A stretch of 64,000 nt of DNA from Antechinus flavipes (Eukaryota). The notes under the pieces were generated by a model. The model ran no database searches. It was not told the origin of the DNA and saw only the letters and a program-made list of their open reading frames with translations. The translations under genes and the position numbers were made by a program. Below, piece by piece: positions 50,646 through 63,789 of this stretch (within the stretch, counting starts at the first letter, position 1; the number at the start of each line of letters is the position of its first letter). Location of the stretch: NCBI RefSeq assembly GCF_016432865.1, contig NC_067402.1, forward strand, positions 268,088,001 to 268,152,000, given 5' to 3'.

Positions 50646-52419
50646 ATATTAAGAGCCCTACTTCTACCATAACATTACATATTTGGAATAGATATCTTCT
50701 GAGTTCTAATAATTAGCAAATATCCCCAGGGGGTAATTTGGTTCATTTCTCCTCCAATCCATCATCTCTTGTGCCATGAACAATGACTTCCTCACATCCT
50801 TCACTTGCACTGGTTACCTCCATTTCTTCACCTGTTCTGTTTTCCTGACCCTCCTCCTCACAAATCCTCTCTACTCCTATCATCTGCAACAAAAGAAGAA
50901 CTTTGGAGTCTGGGTCATACTAGTCAAGCAGTTAAGTTTCCTCCTCCATATTTCTGACTGCCTTGTGGGAAATGAAGAGAGATAGCGCTGATTCAGATTT
51001 TGTCTAAGACAAAAATTCTGAATGGTAACCAGCTGAGCTCACATCCAAGTTTCTTTTTCAAAACATGATTGCCCAAGATGAGCTGCATTTAGCCACCTGA
51101 CAACTCCAAGCTTTTTAAAAAGTTTCTTTGAAAATTGAGACAGTAGCTTGCCTCCAATATGGAGGCAAATTATGGAAATTCTGCTCTCCATTATTCTTCA
51201 GAGATCACTGATAGGACTCAGTAAACATACACAAATTTTTCAATATCATGCATGCAATTTACCCAGGACTGGCAATTTGAACTCAGTGAAAATGTTATAT
51301 ACCATTTTATGCCCTTCTTATTTCTCCTGGGTTTTAAAGTACCCATCCACCACCTAATTAGCTCATTAGCCATCCTTCTTAATTTTCTTTGTCTCTCTTT
51401 CTGTCTGTCTCTCCCCTTTTCTCTCTCTCTCCCCCTATCTCTTTTTCTCTCTTTCTTTGGTAGATAAAACAGAAAGAAAATAATAGAATATTTCTGTCTT
51501 CTCATATTCTATTATCATGATCCAGCCATTTTATCATTTTTCTTGATCTTCCTCCACATAATATAGCCATGAATAGCCACAAAAAGCTGTTTTGTTGTCT
51601 TAAAATCTTTTAATATAATCTGTTGCTTCTGAATAAAGTATACTCTTGCAAATTATTTTCTATTCATGAATCCATCCTAGGGAGCCTCAATGATATCTCT
51701 TATATTGAATGGAGTGAGGGGCAGTTGATAAGGATAAACTGATTTGCTTCCAGTTGAAATTAAAGATGTAAAGGACAAATGACAAACACATATGAACCTT
51801 TAAAGGAAGTTTAAAGAAGGTTTTTCACTTCATTACCCTTTTATAAGGTACGAATACTTCAGATCAAGCAGGATGGAATTAGGTAGGACTGAGGCAAAAT
51901 TAGCTACAAGACTTACCACAGGCTTGAAAGCTCTTTTAAAAGCAAGACATAAAGTCACTTTATGAAGTCAGTCAAAAACTGAAGACAACTAAGAAGATGA
52001 ACAGTGTAAGTGAGAAGACAGACACTTATGAAAAAAGGAATTCATTCAAAGGGAAACTGTTTCATGTCACTTGGGCAAAAATTATTCTGTTTACTTTCTT
52101 CTTCCCCTATTCCCATTGGTCGTGCTATTCTATAGTGGAGCTATCCATGTCATAGGAGATGTCACATTCAGGAGAGAGAAGGTTCAGGAAGCCCAGCAGA
52201 GTAATATACTGAGAAGAGATGCTGTATCCAGAGGGAGCAGCATAAGAAAATCACACACAGAGAAAAGACATCAGGAATAGGACATCTATTGTGCCAAAGG
52301 TGTGTGGGCACAAACATAAAGTATAGGAGGAAGCACACATATGATCCCAGATAATATACATTTTAGGAGTCATCAATATCATTTTCCCATGTAGGAATAT
52401 AAATACTTTGATCTTATTG

Positions 52420-54498
52420 AATCCCTTATGATTTCTCTTTCCTGTTGACCCTATTATGTTTCTTTTGTATCTTGTATTTGAAAGTCAAATTTCCTATTCA
52501 GCTCTGGTCTTTTCATCAGCAGTACTTGAAAGTCCTCTATTTCATTGAATATCCATTTATTATATTCTGTTTTGTTTGGTAGATAATTCTTGGTTGTGAT
52601 CCTGGGGTTTTTTGGTTTGTTTTGGTTTGGCTTTGTGCTGTGGAATATTATATTCCAAGCCTTCCAGTGTTTTAATATAGAAGCTACTAAATTTTGTATT
52701 AACCTGACTGTGGATCCACAATATTTGAATTATTTCTTTTTGACTGCTTGAAATATTTTACTGCTTGATAAGGAATTTGGTGATAATATTCCTGGGAGTT
52801 TTCATTTTGGGATCTCTTTCAGGAGGTGATCAGTGAATTATATCAAATTCTTTTTTTTTACCCTCTGGCTCTAGAATGTCAAGACAATTTTCCTTTATAA
52901 TTTTTGGAAAGATGATGTCTCCTTTTTGATCAGGGTTTTCAGGTAGACCAATAATCTTAAAATTATCTTTCTAGGTTCTATTTTCCTGAGTCAGTTGTTT
53001 TTCCAATGACTTATTTCACATTATCTTCTATTTTTTCATTCTTTTGATTTTCTTTGAGTATTTCTTGTTGTCTAATAAGTAGCAATAATATAATTATAAT
53101 AATATAGTATATATAAATATAATATATTTAATTATAATAATATAATATATACAAATATATTTAATTATAATATAGAAATTATAATTATATATTATGTGCA
53201 TAATATACGTTATTACATATAAATGTAATAATTAAACATAATTATATATAATTATAATAAAAATATAATAATAAAATTATTAGCTTCAACTTACCCAATT
53301 CTAACTTTTAAGGAATTACTTTCTTCAGTGATGTTTTGAACCTCCTTTTAAATTTGGCCAGTTCTATCTTTTAAGTTCTATTCAGTGAATTTTTGTATAT
53401 CGTTTTCCATTTGGTCAATTCTACTTTTCAAGGCATTCTTCTCTTCATTGGATTTTTGTGCTTCTTTTATCCTGACCTATTCTGTTTTTTAAGGTGTTAT
53501 TTTCTTCATAATTTTTGTTGCCTACTTTAACAAGCTGTTGTCTCTTTTTTTCATGATTTTTTTGCATCACTCTCATTTCTCTTCCCAATTTTCCCTCTAT
53601 CTTTCATACTTGATTTTCAAAAATCCTTTTTGAGCTCTTTTATGGCCTAAAAACAATTCCTATTTTACTATGAGGCTTTGGATACAGTAATTTTGACTTC
53701 ATTGTCTTCTGAGTGTATTTTGATCTTCTTTGTCACCATAGTAACTTTCTATGGTCAGAATTTTTTCCATTCTTTGCTCACTTCCCCAGACTATTTCTAT
53801 ATTTTTAACTTTACACTAAAGTGGGGTTCTATTTCCCAAATGGAGGGAGCACTGTCCCAAGCTTCACATTTTTTGTGCTGTTGTTTTCAGAAATAATTCT
53901 GGGAACCTGTATATTTTTGGCTCTTCCAAAGTGGTATGATGTTGAGAGCAGTATGTTTACTATTCTCCTGTACTGTGTACTGGTTTATGAATAACCACAA
54001 GCACTATTTTCCATCCTAGAACTGTGATCAAGAATCCCGCCTCCTGCAGCAGCAAACCCTGCTGTGCTACTGCTCCCCATCACACTGGGACTAAGATCTA
54101 GCACGGTGACCAAGATCCAAAGATAAGCAATCAGTAGAGTCCTACTTCTGGTGCCAGTAAAGGGGCTTCTATAAGTCTTTTGACTCATTGTCTGATCTCC
54201 TTACTGTCTGTGAGTTGAGAAGTCTGGAGGCTGCTATTGCTGCCACTGATTTAATTGCCCTGATGCCTGCTCCTTTTGCTGAGTATCTGCCTGCACTGGA
54301 CTACACTTTATTCTCACCCCAATATGACAGACCTTTTCAGCCAACTAAATTGTCTTGGCCTGGAAAATTGTTTTGCTCTTTTGGTGGGCTCTGCTGCTCT
54401 GGAATTTTTTAAGAGTCATTATTTAAAGGTAATTGGAGGGATTTGGGGGAGAGCGCAGGTGAATCTCTGCCTTTACTTCACCATCTTGGCTTCACCCA
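52420..54498 (-). mobile_element. L1 5' UTR + ORF1 region without its 3' part
   Basis: ccatcttggcttcacccaa = reverse of an L1 start ttgggtgaagccaagatgg; T-rich reverse ORF1 (ctttcaggaggtgatcagtg, ctggctctagaatgtca). Confidence 0.7.
53085..53282. repeat. Expanded (TA/TAA)-rich tract inside L1 ORF1
   Basis: Almost pure A/T; L1 sequence resumes at attagcttc. Confidence 0.9.
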
Positions 54499-54499
54499 A

Positions 54500-54735
54500 T
54501 TTCTTTAATGCAGACAATTTGATATAGGTTATACATGTGCAGTTATGCAAAAACATATTTCCACATTTGCCCTATTGTGAAATAAAACACAAATTTAAAA
54601 ATTAAACAAATTGTTAAAGAAAATACTATGCTTCAATCTGCAATCAGATTCCACAAGTCTTTTTCTACAGATGGATAGCATTTTTACCAAGAGTCCTTTG
54701 CAGAACAATTTCTGTCCATCTCCCTGGGCCTTATT
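54500..54735 (-). mobile_element. L1 3' fragment
   Basis: ataggttatacatgtgcagttatgcaaaaacatatttccacatt. Confidence 0.75.
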
Positions 54736-54917
54736 NNNNNNNNNNNNNNNNNNNNNNNNNNNNNNNNNNNNNNNNNNNNNNNNNNNNNNNNNNNNNNNNN
54801 NNNNNNNNNNNNNNNNNNNNNNNNNNNNNNNNNNNNNNNNNNNNNNNNNNNNNNNNNNNNNNNNNNNNNNNNNNNNNNNNNNNNNNNNNNNNNNNNNNNN
54901 NNNNNNNNNNNNNNNNN
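54736..54917. other. Assembly gap (182 N) before a GA-rich repeat
   Basis: N run. Confidence 1.
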
Positions 54918-55125
54918 AAGAAGGAAAGGAGGGGGAGAGATAGAGAGACAGACTGAGAGACAGAGAGAGACAAAGACAGAGAGACAAAGAGACAGCAGAC
55001 AGAGACACAGAGAGAGTTGGAGAGAGAGAAAGAGAAAGAGAGAGACAGAGAGACAGAGAGACAGAGAGAGACAGAGATTGACAGGGACAGACAGAGAGAC
55101 AGACCAAGACAGAGAATGAGAGTGG
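54918..55125. repeat. GA/GACA-rich simple repeat
   Basis: Direct sequence. Confidence 0.9.
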
Positions 55126-56353
55126 GGAGGAAGCAAGGCAGGGAGAAGCTCCATTGTTAATTTAAAAACAGATCTTTTACTCAATTGCCATAACAATATG
55201 GGCTTCACCCAAGGCAAGGAAAGGCAGGACAACTAATTAAAAACACCATAAAAAGGCATTCCAGAAGAGTTGATTTTGCACAGATAACTCAGGCTATCTC
55301 CTTAGACAGAAAAAAATATGTATGTTTGTTTAAAAGAACAAATATAATGTTTAAAATTCATTTTATCAGGCTTAATTGGATCGGCTTTGTCCTCTCTGAA
55401 GATAAAGGGGGGAAAAAGCCTTAAGGAACACAGATAGTGAATATAATGATTGTATTAAGAATATTCGTGGATGTTTTCCTCTTGCACTTTTTTTTTTTCA
55501 GGCTCAGTTTTTAATTCAGCACATACTATGATTTTGAGGCTGCTCATTACCTATAAACCCAATTATCCTTGGGAAAATAAAAAATCCCACATCAAGTTTT
55601 GAGGTCTGAGATGTCAGAATCATGTAAACAGGCAGATAGGATTGGTGGACGTATATGCAGGAAGATGAGGAGGGTGACAGCATCACCCCTTCCCCTTTTA
55701 GGCAGCGAGGTGACTGTGGAAAGAATGTACTTTGATTTCATTGGTATAGAGAACTTTCAAGTGAGTAAACTCTCTTTCAAATGATGTCAGCCCCTTCACT
55801 GTAATTTATAGCCTTACTTGTCTGGGTTAAATGTTCCCATTTTTCCATGTTCACAGTCAGTATGCAACAGAGATGGGACTTGAATCCACTTTGTTCTGAT
55901 TTCAAGACCAGCTTTCTATCTACTATACCACAGTGCCTTTCAGTGGCTAGTGACAGATATGAAAAAAGGGCTTCAATAAAACCTTTTAAAAATGCACAGA
56001 AGAAAACAAGAACAAATAGAAGATACTCAAATAGAAACATTCCCCTTCAACTTATTAAATTTAATGTATTTCTTTTTAAAACATTTCTTATTAAAAAATA
56101 TATACAATCCTCTTTTTTGTTGAAGTTCATTGGTAACTGTCACGTTCACAATAGAAAATTGATTTTTTAAAAATCAAAGACTTTTAATGAAAAGCAACTT
56201 ATCATTTCTAGAGAGAGATAGCCCAGTCTATTTTTTGGAGAGCTCTAATTAGTAGAGGTTTTCCCTAACATTATTGCACCTAGAATTGCCTTTCTATAAC
56301 TTTTACCTATTGCTCCTTATAACAAACTTATAAAAAGTCTATAAGGTCGATAC

Positions 56354-57670
56354 TGTGAGCATCAATATTCCCATTAACATGAGATCTCTGGATATCCATG
56401 ATGGGGATGAATCTTGAAACTGGGAAAACTCTCCTCTGAAAGAGGCCCAAGGGGGAATGACATAAACTGAGATCTTTTGGGAGGACCAGATGTGTAACCC
56501 CTTCAAGAAGCTCTCAGACCCTGGGAAAAGCCTGCAAACTCCTATTTAATTGGTTTCATTCAATTGGCGATCTTGGTCAAACACCTCCATTGAATTGTCA
56601 CAAACAACTCTCAGTGGCTCAAAACTCCTAGTTAAGAATCTCATTCAATGTTAAGTTGAATTGAAAATTAGTCTCTCAGGAGTTGGACCCCATCTCATCT
56701 TTGGGCCAAAGATCAAAGCAAGCCCCAATATATCTAGGGCTATATGCCCAGATATCTCTGCAGATGTCCTAAAACAGGACCTTTTCCATGTTAAGATATT
56801 TTCTTCTTAGTGTTAATCTTTGCTGTCTTCCTAGCAGAACCTTGCTGAAGCTGTTCTAGTGGCAGTGCAGAGAGTTGTGAGAATCTCCTCTTTGGTTGAA
56901 GGCGTAGGTCCAATGTGAAAAGAATTCACGAACCTGAAAGTTTGAATGGTGAAAGGGAAGTTTTATTGGCACTGAGAAGTCAGCTTTGCTAGGAAGGCAG
57001 ACTTCTGAATGGCAAAGTCCTGTTAGGGAAATAAAGGTTAGCATTGAGAAAAGACTGTCTTCACAGCAGGCAAGAGTCCTGGTAGGCACTGTGCCAAGAA
57101 GAGAGGTCCTTTAATAAAAGCATGATTACTAACTCCAGACTTCTGCAAAGATTTGGAGTTTAGAATTGTTCTTTAAGGCTCCCAGTTGAAAAGAGAGTTA
57201 ATGCCCCAGGCCTAGATACTTATCTTGGAGTTTCAAGCCATTCCATATCAGCTCCAGATTTCCAATTGAATAAAATTCCTGAAGATCTGGTTACCCAAAA
57301 GATCAATAGAGGGTAATTTGCCTGAGATCTCCAGTTGAATGAAACTGCTTATCTTAGGAAAAGCTTTGTTTGGAAAATATGCCTTCTCCTAGACTATCTG
57401 GAATCTGGGAGACCCTAAATCAAAGGGGACACAATTTAAGAGTGATTATTTTACAGATTAAAGGGGACACAGTTTCATCCCCATCATTGCCACCAAGAAG
57501 TCTGTCTTCCTAACAAAAGTTGGCTTCTCAGTGCCAATAAATCTCTTTTTGCCACACAGATTTCGGGTTTGCAAATTCTTTTGCATAGGACCTGCTCTGA
57601 CCAGAGGGATTTCCCACTCCAATTCTTACACCTTATCACAACTACTACTAACCTCACCATTTGTACCTCA
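56354..57670 (+). mobile_element. LTR-A (ERV solo LTR) split by LTR-B
   Basis: Starts TG at 56354; AATAAA at 57536-57541; U5-like end near 57670. Confidence 0.6.
56860..57477 (-). mobile_element. LTR-B, a related solo LTR nested antisense in LTR-A
   Basis: Minus strand TG(57477)...CA(56860); AATAAA at 56967-56962; clear similarity to the 3' part of LTR-A. Confidence 0.65.
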
Positions 57671-57714
57671 TCATCCATATGGGATAATATAGATATAAAA
57701 TACTATTTAAATGT

Positions 57715-58020
57715 CAGCTATTATTGCTTATTATTATTACTATTTATATATAAGTTACTATGTATGTTACTATATATAATACTGTTACTTATTATTACTT
57801 ACTCTTGTTATTTATTGTAGTTAGTATTAACTTGTTACTATTTTTATTTATTATTACTGTTAGTATTTATATATATTACTATATATATGTTACTATGTAT
57901 ATAACTAATACTGTTATTATCATTACTTACTATAGTTACTTATTATTGCTTGCTATTACTTATTATTCTTACTTGTCATTATTACTGTTACTATTATTAT
58001 TTATTATTTTTTTTTGTTCC
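57715..58020. repeat. AT-rich (TAT/TAC)n low-complexity tract
   Basis: Direct sequence. Confidence 0.9.
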
Positions 58021-58759
58021 TTGTTATTTTCCTGGGTCCTCTGAAGAATTCTGAGGTTACAGAGAGTCAATACTTTGGATATTCTTTACCTTTCCTTCTC
58101 AGGGAAATGAAAATAAGACACAACATCCCAAGTTACAGAGGCACAAAAGATTCCTACATTCATCCATATATATCCTTCCCTTCTTTTTTATGACTACCAA
58201 GTTTGTGTTTACACTCAGCCAGTTCTAAAGAATCTCAAAATCTCTATCAGAAATAAATGGTTGGCTATTCAAGCAAGACAGAAAGGCCTTTTCTTCCAAA
58301 TGAAAAGTTTTCATGAAGAAAAGCATCTCAAGGATGGAGAGAAGAAACCCTAGAATGTGAAAGAGCAGAATTGAGCTACTTCTTCCAACTATCAGGAAAA
58401 CAAAGTAAAATCAACTTTGGGGAAAAGTCAGCAGCTGTTTTCAATGACCTGGAGCAGGGCCCCAGCCCTAGTTCACATCCTGAACATTATTCCTAAACTG
58501 GATTTTAGACTATCATGGTTTTCTGCACATCTGTAGCCATGCTCTTCTATGCCACATTTTCCTCTGGAGAGTACTGTATTAGGGGCTGTACTAAATGCAG
58601 ATTGCTAGAGATGTAAAGTCACAGCCTACTACAAAAGTCCCGGCTATAAAAACATTCTATCATAAAGTGAGAAACAGCTATTTCCTTGATGACATCAGAG
58701 CTGGTCTATTCTTAGGGATTCTGGCAGTCATGTATTGAGGCACCCTAAGAGCATCATAT

Positions 58760-59010
58760 GGGAGTAGGTGTTGCAGTAGATAGAGTGCTAGACCCTGAGT
58801 CAAGAAGTCTCATTTTCCTGAATTCAAATCTAATCTCAGACAATAGTTGGGTATTACTGGACAAGTCACTGAATTCTGTTTGCCTCAGCTTCTTTAACTG
58901 TAAAATGAGTTGGAGAAAGAAATGGCAAACCACTCCATTATTTTTGCCAAGAAAACTCCAAATGGGGTCATAAAGAATTAGCTGTGATTGAAATGACTGA
59001 ACAACAAAAT
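58760..59010 (+). mobile_element. Mar1 SINE
   Basis: ttggagaaagaaatggcaaaccactcc...gccaagaaaactccaaatggggtc. Confidence 0.8.
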
Positions 59011-59329
59011 AGTATCATGTTTGCCCAAAGGGGATCCTATGAGTCCTAGAATATATCATCCAAGCAATTAAGTCCTTAAGGGAAGAACAAAGAGAAATCA
59101 TATTTTATTCATATAGTCTTTATTAGAACCTTTGATAGTGACAGACATGACTAAGAGCCATGACCAAGAACTGTAACATTTCCAGAGTTCAAAGCAACTT
59201 CAAATGTTAACTAGGTGACATATGGATAATTGAACACTAATCCCAGAGTCAGGAGGATCTGAATTCAAATCCAACCTCAGATACTTACTAGCTGTGTGAC
59301 TCTGGCCACTCCCAGAAAAAAGTGACTTC

Positions 59330-59880
59330 AGTGATTATCCAGCCTAATCTCTACCCAAAAGAGAATCTCCAATATAAAAAGCTGATAAATGATCATATAG
59401 GCTTTGCTTGAAGACCTCCAATGAGGTGAAAGCCACTACCTCTAAATACAACCTATTTTGCTTTGGAACAATCTAATTGGTAGGAAGCTTGTTCTTAATC
59501 AATTTGCCTCATTGCACCTCCTACCCATTTTTGCTAGTTCTGCCCTCTGCAGCCAACCAGAATAAATTAATCTCTTTTCCACATGACAGCTTTTCAAGTA
59601 GATGAAACTGGCTCTTCCATTTCCTTCACATGTTCTCTTCTCCAAACATCAACAACAACATCTTTTCTCTGGACTAAACATTTCCATCTCCATTTCCATT
59701 AACTGATTATCAATTGGATATGAATGCTATGCCCTTTGCCATCCTCACTGCTCCTCCCTAAAAGCTCTTTGGCTTATCTCTTGCTTTCTAAAAACGTGAC
59801 ACAATTAAACACATCCTCCTCCAGATGTGGGCTAGCCAGAACAGAATACAGAAAGCCTATTTAACCTTCCAATTTCTAAA
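59330..59880 (-). mobile_element. L3/CR1 fragment
   Basis: ttgcttgaagacctccaatgagg...ctaattggtaggaag. Confidence 0.65.
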
Positions 59881-59919
59881 AGACATGCCTGCCTCTCTTT
59901 TCCCCCTCTGTGACATTTT

Positions 59920-60450
59920 TATTTTTTTAAAAACAATAATTATACTTTCTTTTTACCATTTAAAAAAATTGAGTTTCCTAATCTCTTTCTCCCTCTAGCA
60001 CCTGTCCCATCCATTGAAAAAGTAAGCAATACACCAATTATCCATGTAATGTCATGCAAAACATATTTCCATTTTTGCAATGTTGCAAAATAAAGGTAAG
60101 GAAAAAAGTGGAAAAAGTATCCTTTGAACTGCACTCTAAATTCATCATTTCTTTCTCTGGCGAGATAGTATTTTTCAACATGAGCTTGAGGAATTGTCTT
60201 GATCATTGTCTTCCTCAGAGTAGTTAAGTCTTTCACAGTTGATCATTATTATAATATTGCTGTTACTATGGGCAATGATTTATTGGTGATGCTCACTTCA
60301 CTTTCCATCAGTTCATATAAGACCTTCCAGGTTTTTCTGAAACCATTCTACTTTCTATTTCTTATAGCACAATGGTATTCCATCACAATCATATACCACA
60401 ACTTGTTCAGTCATTCCTTAATTGATGGACATCCTTCAATTTCCAGTTCT
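59920..60450 (-). mobile_element. L1 3' region
   Basis: atgtcatgcaaaacatatttcc..., ccatcagttcatataagaccttccagg. Confidence 0.8.
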
Positions 60451-60473
60451 TACTTTAGCTCAAGACTCCACTA

Positions 60474-60475
<2 letters not shown>

Positions 60476-60524
<49 letters not shown>
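60476..60524. repeat. (TG)n microsatellite
   Basis: Direct sequence. Confidence 0.95.
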
Positions 60525-60526
<2 letters not shown>

Positions 60527-60999
60527 GGGGGAGGCTGTTATGTAAACATCACTCTTATAATGTCATCGGTCCTCTGAAAACAAAAGAGAAACAACAACAA
60601 AGTTGAGAACCAAAAGGGAGAAGCTATGATGACAGCTCCATATCAGCTCTATTAAACCTTGATATGGGTTTGATATCCTCCCTCCTCATTCAGGATTTGG
60701 TCTTTGTTCATTGGTTTTGACTCTATATTTCCCTTTATCTTTTGGATATTTGTATTTTTTTTAATTTCTGCTAATGTTTTAACAGAGGCAACATGTACTT
60801 AGAGAATAAAGAACAGGCTTTGAAGTCAGAAATAATTGTATTCAAGTACTGTCTCTGGTACATATTGATTATGTAATGTGGGAAAATTATAACCTCTCAG
60901 TGCTCTAGATTAAAGGTGCCAAACTTGTGGTCTGATGAACCAAAAAAAAAAAAAATGTAATTGAGAAATTGTAAACAAAATAAATAAAAATATGTTATT

Positions 61000-61250
61000 G
61001 TTCAGCCATTTTTTAGTTGTATCTAATTCTTCATGAACCCATTTGGGGTTTCTTGGTCAAGACATTTGAGTGGTTTACCATTTCCTTCTCCAGCTTATTT
61101 TACAGATGAGGAAATTGAAGCAAACAAGGTTAAGTGCTTTTCCCGGGGTCACATAGCTTGTAAGTTTCTGAGACCAGAATTGAACACATAAATATGAATC
61201 TTCATTATTCCAAGCCCAATGCTCTATCCATTGTGCCACTTAGTTGCCCA
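61000..61250 (-). mobile_element. Mar1 SINE
   Basis: cccatttggggtttcttgg...ccatttccttctccagc. Confidence 0.75.
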
Positions 61251-61660
61251 TATTTATTCTGTATATATTTATATGTACATGTTGTCTCTCTTCATAGAAC
61301 ATAAACTCCTTGAGGGCAAGAATTGTTTTTTTGTTTGTTTTGTCTTTGTATCTCTAATGCCTAGCACTTAGCACAGTGTCTGACACATAGTAAGTGTTTA
61401 ATAAATACTTGTTGATTGAATCAGATCATGCACAGAAGTCTTAACTATATTTTTGTCTCTTTTTCTGTTAGAAATTTAACTGGGGATTCAAGAATTGAGG
61501 GTCCAAGAATCAAGGGTCAAAACTTAAGATTTCCCACATCTTTATCAACCTCTTAAAATATTCCCAATCACAGAAATTAAGTTCATGAAAAGCTAGATTT
61601 AGAACTGCAAAGGACTTTACAATCTTCTTTATAAATGAGAAAACTGAGACCCAGGAAACC

Positions 61661-62077
61661 TGTAGAAAGTCACAGTCAGTGAAGGAACTCGGGGTGAGGT
61701 ATAAGATCCTTCAGCCCAGAGGGAACCTGCTGACAATGTCTGGTTCGACTCCCCATTTCCCCTAAGGGCTCTTGGCCTTCCTGAGAAGTCAGAGGGTGGT
61801 GACAACTTGTGTTGTAATTAAAGCAGAGTGATACCAAGTGGAAGAGTGATACCAGGAAGTAAATTACATACAATAGCAAGTTATTTATGTGGTCCCACAT
61901 GCACTGTTGTTTTTGTTACATTTTATAAAGGGGAAAGTCCTTGAAATAAATGGACTTTATTTCCCACCATCCTCGGAGTCCCACCTCATCATTTCTCTAC
62001 TAGAAATGTGGGGGCTCTAGAAACCAATGATACATTTTGTCACCCAACTTGGGGGCTCTGGAAAGCAGGACACAACA
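61661..62077 (+). mobile_element. Probable solo LTR
   Basis: TG...CA ends; 18-bp direct repeat agagtgatacca; TATA-like ttataaa at about 61922 followed by AATAAA at about 61946; no TSD found. Confidence 0.55.
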
Positions 62078-63789
62078 GAAATCAATATAATATATCTGAA
62101 GTAATCTGGTAGTAAATGGCAGAGATGGAGTTTGAATGCAGAACTTCTGATTCTGAATATATCATTCTTCTATGTCAATATAAATTTTAAAACATGTTTA
62201 GAATCACTATTTGCTGCAAATTATCTCTAAGTAGCTTTGATCCATTTCTTGGAGATTTTTCTTCTTATTCCTTCTACTTTTATTTTCTTCCTTTTATATT
62301 ATCTCCTGATAACAAATCTGGACTTCAATTAGTGCCTTGAACATAGCTGAAAAGTCTTAGGATAATATACTCCTGAGGTGGAAAATCAGTCAATAATTAT
62401 TTATTAAGTGCCTATTATGGCCAGACACTCTGCTAAGGGAGATACAGAAAAAAAAAAAAGAAAATGACAGTCCCATATGTAAAAGGAGGTCAAAAGGAAT
62501 CACTGACAAGCAGGACAGCTTTGAAAGTTGCATATGTGCATGTATTATATACTTATAAAGAAAAGCAAGCTATACATAATTTCTTTCATTCTGTTCTATT
62601 GTGGAAGTATTAATTTTAGTTGATGCTTATTAAGTTCAGATTTTTTTAATGTGGAAAAAAAAAAGATCTTCAAGAGTCCATCTAGCCCATTCTCCTTCAT
62701 TTCATAAACAGTTAAACCAAATCCTTGAAACAGAAGTGACTTGTCCAAAGTCACACAAATAATAAGTGGCAAAATTTTAATCTAGGACCTCTAAGCTTTT
62801 ACTCTCTCCTGCTTCCAAAGTGAAGACCAAGATTGGTCTTTGCCATATTCAAAGAAGCTCTAGCATGTGCTTGATATCGCTTATGCCCTCACAACTGACA
62901 TAGTTTATGTCCCATTGGTAGAGTTGTTAGTCCAGTCCAGTTAGCATCTATCAAAGTACTTTGATGTGTTGTTTTTACCTATATCTAATATATTCATATA
63001 TGTATACATACACACACACATACACAATAAGTTTTATTATATGCTTATGTAGGGATGAGAAAGAGAAATTCAATCAGCTACCCAATTCCAGTTAATAAAA
63101 CTAACAAGATACTATAGCCATTATTCCTTATCAGATAAGAATACATCTACTGAATTAATCATTAAATCAAAAGTAAGAACATCTCTGCAAAGTCACTCAA
63201 CAAATCAAAGGAATTAGATTAAGAGTGAAATAGTCTTCAATCAATTTAGAAAGAATAGAAGTCACTGAGTAAAATTAAATGATTTTTTTATAGGAAGTAT
63301 ATTGAGATTGGTTGAAGAAATTCACTCATAACTTGTGGAAGTTGGATAAAATAGCAAGTAGTTCAGAACTCAGCTGATACATCTAGAGGAAAGAAGTAAT
63401 CACTTGTAAAGAAAGAAAGCAAGATCCCCTCATTCTTCCCTTCTATGCTTAACCAGTCCAAGCAGTGTCCAAGTTGAAATAACTAGCAACAATGTGTTGG
63501 AAACTGAGGGGAACATTGAAGAAAACTAGTCATATTGAGGAGAGACAATTCCAAGACTTTCGAAGGACCCCAAGAGAAAGTTATACCACACTTATGAGAA
63601 ACTTGAAGAGGATTCCACAAAAGGAGAAAAAGAGTTTACCCCTTGCCACATTAGTGCTCTAAGCTTGAGTTTATTTTCCTCTGGATTCTGTATCTACTTA
63701 TAGGACAGTGTGTCCCTGACTCCTGGGGGAAATTGTGTCCCAACTTTTCTTACTATGTAATAAGAATAAATACCCATAACTAAGAGCCA

